A stretch of 32,000 nt of DNA from Candidatus Electrothrix sp. GW3-4 (GTDB lineage: Bacteria; Desulfobacterota; Desulfobulbia; Desulfobulbales; Desulfobulbaceae): positions 360,001 through 392,000 of the forward strand of contig NZ_CP147990.1 of assembly GCF_037902255.1 (NCBI RefSeq). The letters are read 5' to 3'. The notes beneath the pieces are model-generated. The model saw only the letters and a program-made list of their open reading frames with translations. It was not told where the DNA came from and ran no database searches. Below are positions 23,209-31,357 of the stretch, one piece after another (positions within the stretch are counted from its first letter, which is position 1; each line of letters opens with the position of its first letter). The translations under genes were made by a program, and so were the position numbers.

Positions 23209-24759
23209 TCAGGTGATAAAGTCTCTTAGGGGGCGGTAACGTCTTTGTTCTTCAATGAGATCGTTGTCTCTGCTGAAGGTCAGAAAGACGACATGGGGAT
23301 ACCTCTTTTTTAACGATGCGATACAGTTGGTAGCAGCAGGATTGTTTTCTGCGCCAGGAACGAGCAGGTAATATGTCCTTCTTTCGTCTTCATATGGAGC
23401 TTCTGACTGATATTTCAGTTCATTGTCAATGTATTGGTCAATATCATTATCCTCTTTGCTCATAACCCGTGGCCGAATATCATCACCGATAAAGCGCCAA
23501 CGTATATAATCATCAAATTTTTTTTCCAGAAAGGGATCAGTTACATCTGGAGCTATCCAGTCTGTCAGATGAGATCGAAGATCTTTTGCAAGCTGCTCCC
23601 CGTCCTTATCTCGTCCGGCTTCCGGCTGTTGCGGAAGGCTGAATTCTCCTTCCGGCCAGTCCTGCCCAGGTATTTTTGAGCGATACTTGGCAGCACGCCG
23701 ATCAACACCGGCCATGATGACTTCAGCAACTGTGGCCAATTCTGTCGGTAACGTCTGTAGGGCAACCGTCACATCATCTTTACAGAGATGCAAATCTTCC
23801 ACTACTTTGGGATTAAACAGGACCGGCAGAACATAATGCACTATTGTATTGCATAGGGATACTCCTGCGGCATTATCCTCTATACGCATTTTTCTCCGAA
23901 TTTCTCCAAGGACCGTGAATAATATTTCAATATGGAGTTTCAGTAATTCTTCAGCTACTGGTGTGCAACTTTTTTTACCGCACCACGGCAGGTTAAGTTT
24001 ATCAGCAAGCAGACGTGCCGGACAGCGGCTGTCCTCCTTAGCTTCCATTCCTGAATCACGCAGTATTCTCGCAATAGCATCCTTAATCTCTGTCAGGTAT
24101 TCCTGGCGTTTGTCCAGCCCCAGCTGTTTTTGAAATGCTTCATCCTCAAACATTTTCCAGGTCGGGATAGCATGCAGTTTTTTACCGCTAAAGTTTCCCG
24201 GTACACGGCAAACCAGACCCAAGATTTCATTACCTACAAAGACCGGCATTCCGGATGTACCCTTCCACATGGCTGGATTTTCCGGGTTGCTGGTCACATT
24301 GAGGGAAAAATGATCTGCCCCGTCAGCCATTGATTCCGTGGTGCCGCTGATATCATCAGGTTCTCGTAAATTGTCGTATCGGGTGGCTTTGGAGAACCCG
24401 AGGCTATACCATATCTTGGCGACAGACGGTTTTTTATCCGCAATCATCCCCCATCCTTTTCCTAGCGCCTTTTCAGGTCGTGGGCAGCGAAGCAAAGCGG
24501 CATCCAATTTGCCTTCACCTTCCCAGACAATATCCTCAACGGAGAGGGTGATCCAACCGTTATCTGGATCATATTTGTCGAACAAGTGATGCCAGCGCAC
24601 TTGAATCTCTCCGTTACCTTGTTCCGGTCTGACCGTATGGCGGGCAGTCAGGATCAGATCCTCGGCTACAGGGTAACCCGTGCCGATTTTACCTTCCGTA
24701 CTTCCATCGGTTCCTTGTTTCGTCGGAACAAAGATGGTGATAATAAGATCCTTGTTCAT
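23209..24759 (-). CDS. cytoplasmic trypsin-like serine protease with about 300-aa C-terminal domain of unknown family (VMAP-like position)
   Basis: The catalytic triad contexts are LTARHTV (His), DAALLRC (Asp) and GTSGMPVF (Ser). There is no signal peptide. The C-terminal region looks helical and I cannot assign it by eye. Confidence 0.75.
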   Translation of the reverse strand: MNKDLIITIFVPTKQGTDGSTEGKIGTGYPVAEDLILTARHTVRPEQGNGEIQVRWHHLFDKYDPDNGWITLSVEDIVWEGEGKLDAALLRCPRPEKALGKGWGMIADKKPSVAKIWYSLGFSKATRYDNLREPDDISGTTESMADGADHFSLNVTSNPENPAMWKGTSGMPVFVGNEILGLVCRVPGNFSGKKLHAIPTWKMFEDEAFQKQLGLDKRQEYLTEIKDAIARILRDSGMEAKEDSRCPARLLADKLNLPWCGKKSCTPVAEELLKLHIEILFTVLGEIRRKMRIEDNAAGVSLCNTIVHYVLPVLFNPKVVEDLHLCKDDVTVALQTLPTELATVAEVIMAGVDRRAAKYRSKIPGQDWPEGEFSLPQQPEAGRDKDGEQLAKDLRSHLTDWIAPDVTDPFLEKKFDDYIRWRFIGDDIRPRVMSKEDNDIDQYIDNELKYQSEAPYEDERRTYYLLVPGAENNPAATNCIASLKKRYPHVVFLTFSRDNDLIEEQRRYRPLRDFIT

Positions 24760-24790
24760 TACTCAGTTTTTTATGGGAAAGATTGGATGA

Positions 24791-25105
24791 TCAATCGGGG
24801 CGTTGCCCATGATCAGATACCTGAACAGAGCCGCCATCGGCTTTTTCTGCCTTCAACTTGAGTTTCAACTTCTGGGTAACCGTATCCTTTTTGCTGACAT
24901 CGACTTTGCTGGTCAGCACATAGAATTTGGCGGCCACACCACCTTTTGCCTGTCCTTCTGTGGTAATTTGCAACTCCAGCTCTACGTCTTCCACCGTGAA
25001 CCGAATGTCTTTGTCTTCTCCTTCCCGCTGCGCCTCAGCAAGTTGCGCACGCAACCCCTTGATCATTTCTGCAAGCTCAAGCCGTCCTTGTTCTTCTTCC
25101 GACAT
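24791..25105 (-). CDS. trypco2 (trypsin co-occurring domain 2) family protein
   Basis: I chose the ATG at 25105, preceded by AGGAGG with a 5-nt spacer. The pattern LAEMIKGLRAQLAEAQ...DIRFTVEDVELELQITTEGQAKGGVAAKFYVLTSKVDVSKKDTVTQKLKLKLK fits what I recall for trypco2. Confidence 0.7.
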   Translation of the reverse strand: MSEEEQGRLELAEMIKGLRAQLAEAQREGEDKDIRFTVEDVELELQITTEGQAKGGVAAKFYVLTSKVDVSKKDTVTQKLKLKLKAEKADGGSVQVSDHGQRPD

Positions 25106-25151
25106 GACATCCTCCTGATAGAGTTTTGATGAAATTAACAAAACATACCCT

Positions 25152-25189
25152 GAAAAATAAAAAGCCGGAACAGAAAATTCCGTCCCGGC
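25152..25189 (-). terminator. strong intrinsic terminator after hemB
   Basis: The minus strand reads GCCGGGACGG-aatttt-CTGTTCCGGC (a 10-bp stem with two G-U pairs) followed by TTTTTATTTTT. Confidence 0.75.
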
Positions 25190-25259
25190 CTTAGCTCGTT
25201 AGCGATAGCGCCACTTAACAACTCCCGACAGCTCTAGCCGGTACTGATATGCTTAAAAA

Positions 25260-26234
25260 TTACCCCAGAAGCATCTTCGCCATATCCTTAGCAAAATAGG
25301 TCAGGATAATATCCGCGCCAGCCCGACGGATGGAAAGCAGGGTCTCGGCCATGACCCGATCCCCGTCAATCCAACCCTTATCCGCTGCTGCCTTGATCAT
25401 GGCATACTCCCCGCTGACATGATAGGCTGCAATGGGCAGGTCGAACTCATCTCGTAGGCGGCTGATGATATCCAGATAGGCCACAGCTGGCTTGACCATC
25501 AGGATATCCGCGCCTTCATCCACATCCAGGGTGGCCTCGCGCAGGGCCTCGCGGCTGTTGGCAGGGTCCATCTGATAGCTGCGCCGATCCCCGAACTGGG
25601 GCGCGCAGTCTGCCGCATCCCGGAACGGGCCGTAAAAGGCCGAAGCATACTTCACTGCATAGGACATGATGGGCACATTATGAAAATCATTTTCATCCAG
25701 GGTGCTGCGAATCTCGCTCACCCGTCCGTCCATCATGTCGGAAGGCGCGACCATGTCTGCTCCGGCCTTAGCATGGGAAAGCGCGGTGCGGGCCAGTAGC
25801 TCCAGGGTGGTGTCGTTATCCACCTCATTACCGCTCAGGCAGCCGCAATGACCGTGATCTGTGTACTCACAGAGACAGACGTCGGTGATCACAGTCAGGT
25901 CCGGGCTTGTGTTTTTCAGCTCCTTGATCGCCTGCTGGACAATGCCGTTAGTGGCATGGGCACCGGAGCCCATAGGGTCTTTTTTCTCCGGCAGTCCGAA
26001 CAGGATAACCGAGCGTACCCCAACCTCCAGACAGGATTGCGCCTCTTTTTTGAGCTGATCCACGGAAATGCGGAAGACGCCGGGCATGGAAGAGACCTCT
26101 TCCCGTTTTCCTTTGCCCGGCATGACAAAGAGGGGGTAAATCAACTGATCCGGGGTAAGATGGGTCTCGCGCACCAGAGCACGAAAGTTTTCATTCCGTC
26201 GCATCCGACGGGGACGATATTCTGGAAAGACCAT
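25260..26234 (-). CDS. hemB: porphobilinogen synthase (delta-aminolevulinate dehydratase)
   Basis: I chose the ATG at 26234, preceded by AGGAGA. The product [37 protein letters not shown]...[11 protein letters not shown]...[17 protein letters not shown]...MVKPA is the classical HemB pattern. Confidence 0.9.
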   Translation of the reverse strand: MVFPEYRPRRMRRNENFRALVRETHLTPDQLIYPLFVMPGKGKREEVSSMPGVFRISVDQLKKEAQSCLEVGVRSVILFGLPEKKDPMGSGAHATNGIVQQAIKELKNTSPDLTVITDVCLCEYTDHGHCGCLSGNEVDNDTTLELLARTALSHAKAGADMVAPSDMMDGRVSEIRSTLDENDFHNVPIMSYAVKYASAFYGPFRDAADCAPQFGDRRSYQMDPANSREALREATLDVDEGADILMVKPAVAYLDIISRLRDEFDLPIAAYHVSGEYAMIKAAADKGWIDGDRVMAETLLSIRRAGADIILTYFAKDMAKMLLG

Positions 26235-26282
26235 GTCTGTTCTCCTGTATTTACGAAATATTTTTTTTTGATAGAGAATGGG

Positions 26283-26346
26283 AATACCGTTCAAGGGTGC
26301 CGTAGGGGCGAACCTTGTGTTCGCCCTGAATGTCCAGAACGGTATT
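26283..26346. repeat. nested hairpin element (REP-like) between the sigma54 regulator and hemB
   Basis: The outer 10-bp inverted repeat is AATACCGTTC (26283-26292) / GAACGGTATT (26337-26346). It encloses the inner hairpin GGGCGAAC-cttgt-GTTCGCCC (26306-26326). Confidence 0.5.
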
Positions 26347-26390
26347 AAACGGGCAAGCCAAGAGGCTGCCCCTTGTCTTTTTTTCAGGGA

Positions 26391-27758
26391 TTAGAGCTTG
26401 ATCCCTAAGGCCTTAACTTTTTTATGGAGATGACTCCGTTCCATCCCGATGGCTTCAGCGGTCTTGGACACATTACCCTCATTTTCCTCAAGTTTTTTCT
26501 TGAGATAATCGTGCTCAAACTGTTTGCGGGCATCTTTGAAGGCCAGATGACTGTACCCTGCTTCAAAGCTCCCGGACAGCGGTTGAAAGGCGCCGGGGTT
26601 GAGAAAGACAGCCACATCCTTGGCCGTAATGAGCTCCCCCGGAACCATGATCATTAGTCGTTCCACCATATTGCGCAGCTCCCGGATATTGCCGGGCCAG
26701 GGATGCTGGATGAGCATGCTCAGGGCATCACCGGCAAAGCGTTTCTCGCCAAGCCCCTTGCTGCGAAATTGTTCCAAAAAGCTTGCAACCAAGGCCGGGA
26801 TATCTTCCAGACGCTCTTTCAGATCAGGCAGCTGGATGGGAACCACGTTGAGCCGGTAAAAGAGATCTGCCCGGAAGTTCCCTTCTTCAATCTCCTGCTC
26901 TAAATTCTTATTGGTGGCCGCCAGGATTCGCACATCCACCTCAATGGTCTTGGCGCCTCCCACCCGCTCAAACTTCCGTTCCTGGAGGATGCGGAGGACC
27001 TTGGCCTGACTTTTTAGGCTCATATCACCGATCTCATCAAGAAACAGTGTGGAGCCGTCCGCCTGATCAAACTTCCCCTTCTTGCCCTTGTCAGCTCCGG
27101 TAAAGGCCCCTTGTTCATAGCCAAAGAGCTCTGATTCAATCAGCTCTTCCGGGATGGCCGCACAGTTGACCTCAATCATGGGGCTTTCTGTCCGGTTTGA
27201 CTGGCTGTGAATGGCCTGGGCAACCAGTTCCTTGCCCGTACCATGTCCACCAAGGATGAGCACCGAGGCATCTGTGGGGGCGACCCGTTCGATTTGCAGG
27301 CGGAGATGTTGGACCACAGCAGAATCACCGATGATGGCTGATGCCGATCCAGCAGGCTTGGTTGCCCGCAGGAGCTTGTTTTCTCGTTCAAGCCGGGCCA
27401 CGCGCAGTCCCTGGTTAATGGCAAGGATTACCTTGTCATAGGAGAGCGGTTTTTCTATGAAGTCAAAGGCTCCGATCCGGGTGGCCTGGACAGCAGTCTC
27501 AATGGTGCCGTGTCCTGAGATCATAATCACCGGCACCTCATTACCGTCCTGCTTTATTTTTTCCAAGGCCGCGATTCCGTCCATGCCAGGCAGCCAGATG
27601 TCCAGCAGGACCAGATGGACATCCTGTTGCTCCAACATGGTCAGTCCTTCTTCCGCAGAAGCGGCACTGAGCGGTTGAAAACCCTCGTCGCTCAAGATAC
27701 CGGACAGGACTTCTCGGATAGGGGCTTCGTCGTCGATGATCAGAATAGTTGGACGCAT
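26391..27758 (-). CDS. sigma54-dependent response regulator (NtrC/NtrX/AtoC class)
   Basis: The receiver domain is ILIIDDE...LLDIWLPGMDG. The AAA+ domain carries GGHGTGKE and GAFTGA. The C-terminal Fis-type HTH is NVSKTAEAIGMERSHLHKKVKALGI. Confidence 0.9.
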   Translation of the reverse strand: MRPTILIIDDEAPIREVLSGILSDEGFQPLSAASAEEGLTMLEQQDVHLVLLDIWLPGMDGIAALEKIKQDGNEVPVIMISGHGTIETAVQATRIGAFDFIEKPLSYDKVILAINQGLRVARLERENKLLRATKPAGSASAIIGDSAVVQHLRLQIERVAPTDASVLILGGHGTGKELVAQAIHSQSNRTESPMIEVNCAAIPEELIESELFGYEQGAFTGADKGKKGKFDQADGSTLFLDEIGDMSLKSQAKVLRILQERKFERVGGAKTIEVDVRILAATNKNLEQEIEEGNFRADLFYRLNVVPIQLPDLKERLEDIPALVASFLEQFRSKGLGEKRFAGDALSMLIQHPWPGNIRELRNMVERLMIMVPGELITAKDVAVFLNPGAFQPLSGSFEAGYSHLAFKDARKQFEHDYLKKKLEENEGNVSKTAEAIGMERSHLHKKVKALGIKL

Positions 27759-27774
27759 AGAAACTGATTAGAAT

Positions 27775-27860
27775 TTATATGAAAGTAGCGACGACTCTTT
27801 GGAGTCGTCTGATCAACTTTCATGCTTTGTTGTCCCTCCCCAGAGGGGAGAGATAGGGGT
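27775..27860 (-). repeat. bipartite hairpin repeat, copy A (in the kinase-regulator spacer)
   Basis: The minus strand reads ...ctctcccCTCtggGGAGGGacaacaaagcATGAAAGttgatcaGACGACTCcaaaGAGTCGTCgctaCTTTCATata. It is near-identical to 31225-31308. Confidence 0.7.
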
Positions 27861-27875
27861 TATAAGGTAGACGGT

Positions 27876-30113
27876 TCACTCCGCCCTGCTTGTTTTCCTG
27901 GCCGGATGAAAGGGCAGCTCAATGGTGAAAACAGTGCCTGAGGGGGTGTTGTCATGCACCTGAATTGCCCCATTATGCTCGGTAATAATGGTATGGGCAA
28001 TGGCAAGCCCCAGTCCGGTCCCTGATTTACGGGTGGAAAAATAGGGTTCAAAGAGGCGTTGCCTGACCTGATCAGACATACCAGGGCCGTCATCCCGGAC
28101 AATGATGCTCACCGTCTCTTCTTCCCTGTGCAGACGTATTTCATTAGAGACTGTTCCGCCGTGGGCAAGGACGCTGACGGCATTATCCAACAGGTTGATC
28201 AGCACCCGTTTAATCTGCACCGGATCAAAGGCGAACAGGGGCACTTCATCATGTTCCAAGAGAAAGTTGATATGCTTATGGCCCTCACGATACAGCACCA
28301 AGGTATCAGCGGCAATAGCGATAATATCTGCTGGTTGCTTTTTGACCCTTGGCATGCGGGCAAAATCAGAGAACTCTGTGACCAGTCGTTTGATTTCATC
28401 CACCTGACTGATGATGGTGCCAGTGCATTGCTCAAAGATCTCGCGGTCGTTTTTTATGGTCGTCAGGTAGCGCTTACGGAGTCGTTGGGCTGAGAGCTGG
28501 ATCGGCGTCAAGGGATTCTTGATCTCATGAGCGATCCTGCGGGCAACTTCCTGCCAGGCCGCCAGGCGTTGGGCCTTTTCCAACTTGGTCAGGTTATCGA
28601 ACACGATGACATAGCCTATGGAACGTTCTTGTTCATCAATCAGCCGCGTGATATTGACCAGGAGCGAATAGGTCTCACCCCTGCGCACGGTAAGATTGAG
28701 GTGCCGTTCAATAGAGCGCTTGCCGGATTCAAGCAGGTCATTGAAAAAATTTTCAATCACAGTGACGTGGGAGCGGGGCAGGGCCCTGTGGAAATCTTTA
28801 TGGAGGAAGGCTGTGGTATCAATCTTAAGCAGTTTCTCTGCAAAGGGATTAATCGTGGTGACCTCGTTGTGTTCATTAATGGCAATAACCCCTGCCGCAA
28901 CGTTTTTCAGGATAGTCTCCAGGTAGCGCCTGCGTTGTTTCGAGATCAGGTTGGATTGCTGGAGGGCCTTATGGGTCTCTGCCAGTTCTCTATTACTTTT
29001 CAGCAGGTCAGAGGTCATTGAGTTGAAGGAATCAACCAGCAGTCCCATTTCATCATCGGATTCTTTTTCAATGGTAAAATCAAGGTCACCACCTGCAACC
29101 CGCTGGGTTCCCTCGGCCAGCTTATTGATGGAGGCGGTCATGGAGCGGGCAATAAAGAAACCAAACCAGATCGCCCCGAAAAGGATGAGCAGGGTGATGA
29201 TGAGCAGCATGATGATCATGCTGAGCTTGATCGGGGCCTTGAGCATGACCAGCTGCTTATAGTCGGTAATTCCCTGGGAGACCGATTGCATCAGGGTTAA
29301 TTTTTCTATGGGAATAAGCAGGGTGGTGACGAGAAAGGTCTTGTTGGGCTCTGCTGATTGGATGGGGACGATGGCCTGGATCAGTTCGCCTGCTGGAACC
29401 TGACGGGTAATAACCTCTGGTTCCTGGTTGTTAGCCGCCTTCCGCAGGGCCTCTGTCGGAATTTCTGGCAGGGAAATCGCCGCCAAACGCTCTCCTTTGG
29501 CTGCAACTGCCAGGCCCAGCTGAGGGTTGATCAAGGATAAGGCGTCTGGAGCGCCGAGCGGGACCAGAGAGATAGTTTTATCAAAGAGCTGCTGTAATTT
29601 GATGTTATCATGCATACTCACCTCGCCTTTTTCCAGGAGCCGCCCTATATGGCTGCCCATATTCGCTGCCCGGTTTTCCGTCTCATGAAAGAGATTGCGG
29701 GCCAGGGTCAGAGAGGACTGGAGGGATTCCTCCACATTGGAGTTGAACCAATACTCCATTGCCGTGGATACGGACCCCAGCGATACGAGAAATAAGATGA
29801 CCGTAGGGATCATGGACAGCGAGACAAAGGCGATAACCAGTCGTACCCGAAGGCGCGAGCCAAGGATCCTGTTTCGCCGCTCAAAGACCAGCTCCACCAG
29901 ATTGCGGAGAATCAGGTAGAGCATAAGCAAGAGCAGTAAGCCGTTAATATTGATGAGGGCAAAGATCAGGACTGTGCTGGAAAGGGGGAGGTTGAGTTCT
30001 CCTCTGAGTAAATTACGCTGGGTATAGGCAAGAAGAGGGATCAGCAGCATACAAAAGACAATAACATAGCGCGTCAGTCGTCGTTTTTGTGTGCGCTGTT
30101 CAGGGGTAAGCAT
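27876..30113 (-). CDS. NtrY-like sensor histidine kinase (TM, HAMP, PAS, HisKA, HATPase)
   Basis: The protein has N-terminal TM helices and a HAMP domain (INKLAEGTQRVAGGDLDF...). The H-box is IAHEIKNPLTPIQLSAQRL and the G-boxes are DDGPGM and GTGLGLAI. Confidence 0.85.
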   Translation of the reverse strand: MLTPEQRTQKRRLTRYVIVFCMLLIPLLAYTQRNLLRGELNLPLSSTVLIFALININGLLLLLMLYLILRNLVELVFERRNRILGSRLRVRLVIAFVSLSMIPTVILFLVSLGSVSTAMEYWFNSNVEESLQSSLTLARNLFHETENRAANMGSHIGRLLEKGEVSMHDNIKLQQLFDKTISLVPLGAPDALSLINPQLGLAVAAKGERLAAISLPEIPTEALRKAANNQEPEVITRQVPAGELIQAIVPIQSAEPNKTFLVTTLLIPIEKLTLMQSVSQGITDYKQLVMLKAPIKLSMIIMLLIITLLILFGAIWFGFFIARSMTASINKLAEGTQRVAGGDLDFTIEKESDDEMGLLVDSFNSMTSDLLKSNRELAETHKALQQSNLISKQRRRYLETILKNVAAGVIAINEHNEVTTINPFAEKLLKIDTTAFLHKDFHRALPRSHVTVIENFFNDLLESGKRSIERHLNLTVRRGETYSLLVNITRLIDEQERSIGYVIVFDNLTKLEKAQRLAAWQEVARRIAHEIKNPLTPIQLSAQRLRKRYLTTIKNDREIFEQCTGTIISQVDEIKRLVTEFSDFARMPRVKKQPADIIAIAADTLVLYREGHKHINFLLEHDEVPLFAFDPVQIKRVLINLLDNAVSVLAHGGTVSNEIRLHREEETVSIIVRDDGPGMSDQVRQRLFEPYFSTRKSGTGLGLAIAHTIITEHNGAIQVHDNTPSGTVFTIELPFHPARKTSRAE

Positions 30114-30178
30114 CAGGGCAGATGTCTGGCAGTGATTATCAGGGGAACGCGAATGATTTTTGGAGATGATTTTGTGGA

Positions 30179-30808
30179 TTAATAGTTGAACTCGACGATG
30201 CGCCAGTCGGTCTCAAAGTTCCATAATGAGGTAAAGGGGATGATGGAGTGCATGCCAAGGGGAAAGGTGTTTTCAACCAGCGTGGCCTTTATTTCCAAGG
30301 AATAAGGGGACTCCACCTGTAATTCGTTAAGGGGGGTGAGTTCAAGCCTGTTAATATCCGCCATCATCTCTTTGGCTTCTGCCAATGATCTGGTCACCTC
30401 GGGCCGATCCTTCTCGGCAAAGGCGACCTGGTACTCCTCTTTTAATGGGTCATAACTCAAGGTATGGTTAATCTTATATTCAACCAATTCCGAATCAAAC
30501 CAGTTTTTTCGTATCTTGTTAAGACGAATATCAAAGCGAAAGGTGAGCGGAATGCCATTGCGCACGCCCTCAAGCATCTCATCGGTAAAACAATGGCGCA
30601 CTGTCGCAAAAAGGAGCAAATGTCCATCTGTAGCGCTAATCACGATTTCATCTATAATCGGTTCCTTCTCTGTCTCTGTTGTAGCCTGAGGTGCAGAGAA
30701 GACCGGGAGGCAAAAAAACAGGCCAGAGAGACAGAGAAAACAAAGCGGAGTGTGAAGTTTTTTTCTGCGCACAGCACGAGTGTATAGGGCTCGGAGGTTA
30801 TAAACCAT
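30179..30808 (-). CDS. DUF4390-like exported protein (typical upstream partner of NtrY-like kinases)
   Basis: The 209-aa ORF has a signal-like N-terminus (LCFLCLSGLFFCLPVFSA). The family call comes from its position in front of the NtrY-like kinase plus general resemblance, so it has moderate certainty. Confidence 0.55.
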   Translation of the reverse strand: MVYNLRALYTRAVRRKKLHTPLCFLCLSGLFFCLPVFSAPQATTETEKEPIIDEIVISATDGHLLLFATVRHCFTDEMLEGVRNGIPLTFRFDIRLNKIRKNWFDSELVEYKINHTLSYDPLKEEYQVAFAEKDRPEVTRSLAEAKEMMADINRLELTPLNELQVESPYSLEIKATLVENTFPLGMHSIIPFTSLWNFETDWRIVEFNY

Positions 30809-31026
30809 GAAAGGAGTACCTGGTGAATATCTGTTTGGAAATACAGGGGTGTAATCTATTGTTCAATGAGCCTCAGGTCCGCAGGAGCAAAGCAAAGGGA
30901 CAAGGAACGGCTCTCTGCATAGATCTTTTTTGTTGAATCCAATTGAACAGGTAAATTTACTCTATTGCTCTGCCGTTGTCTATGCATTGCGGTCTTTTTT
31001 CAAGATGAGCCCTATGGATTTTTTTA

Positions 31027-31055
31027 TTGACAGTAGGGGGAAAAATAACTATCAA
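31027..31055 (+). promoter_or_regulatory. candidate sigma70-type promoter upstream of the repeat pair and NifX-like gene
   Basis: TTGACA (31027-31032), a 17-nt spacer, then TATCAA (31050-31055). It is followed by the near-palindrome TGTGCATATACACA (31057-31070). Confidence 0.35.
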
Positions 31056-31150
31056 TTGTGCATATACACATATTGCCCGCTGTGTTTTTTTACGGAGTCC
31101 CTTTGAACAAGGATATACGCAGTTACTCTGGCAACGGGAATAAACGCCCA

Positions 31151-31224
31151 TCCCTCTTTCTGGGAGGGACAACAAGACATGAAAGATGGTAAGCTTGGTT
31201 GGCTTCAGCGACCACTTTCATATA
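31151..31224 (+). repeat. bipartite hairpin repeat, copy B1 (variant inner loop)
   Basis: The sequence is tCCCTCtttctggGAGGGacaacaagacATGAAAGatggtaagcttggttggcttcagcgaccaCTTTCATata. The outer stems are conserved and the inner segment is replaced. Confidence 0.6.
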
Positions 31225-31308
31225 CCCCCCTCTCTCCCCTCTGGGGAGGGACAACAAGGCATGAAAGTTGATTGGCCGACTCCAAGGAGTCGTCGGTACT
31301 TTCATATA
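31225..31308 (+). repeat. bipartite hairpin repeat, copy B2
   Basis: The sequence is ...ctctcccCTCtggGGAGGGacaacaaggcATGAAAGttgattggcCGACTCCaaGGAGTCGtcggtaCTTTCATata. It follows B1 in direct tandem. Confidence 0.7.
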
Positions 31309-31357
31309 ACATGAAGCGCAGATTATATAAAAAAAATTTAACTGGAGATAGCCACAA

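Noticed and set aside
25106-25151. Promoter for the trypco2-led cassette between the hemB terminator and the trypco2 start
   Set aside because: Only poor matches are present (TTGTTA, 15 nt, TATCAG), and the resulting leader would be very short. I cannot support a call from sequence alone.
26351-26372. Hairpin GGGCAAGCC-aaga-GGCTGCCC as terminator of the sigma54 regulator gene
   Set aside because: The T-tract lies on the wrong side for the minus-strand gene; it would suit a plus-strand transcript that does not exist here. I kept it only as a note in the nested-hairpin finding.
31151-31308. Possible CRISPR array because of adjacent repeats
   Set aside because: There are only two directly abutting copies with no spacers. 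The units are 74-84 bp and internally hairpinned, and there are no cas genes. This is a REP/MITE-like or RNA element instead.
30809-31357. Search for a sigma54 promoter (TGGCAC-N5-TTGCW) in front of the DUF4390-kinase operon or the NifX-like gene
   Set aside because: No acceptable match is present. The nearest strings (TGGCAACGGGAATAAA at about 31129, TGGCTTCAGCGACC at about 31199) lack the -12 TTGC element.
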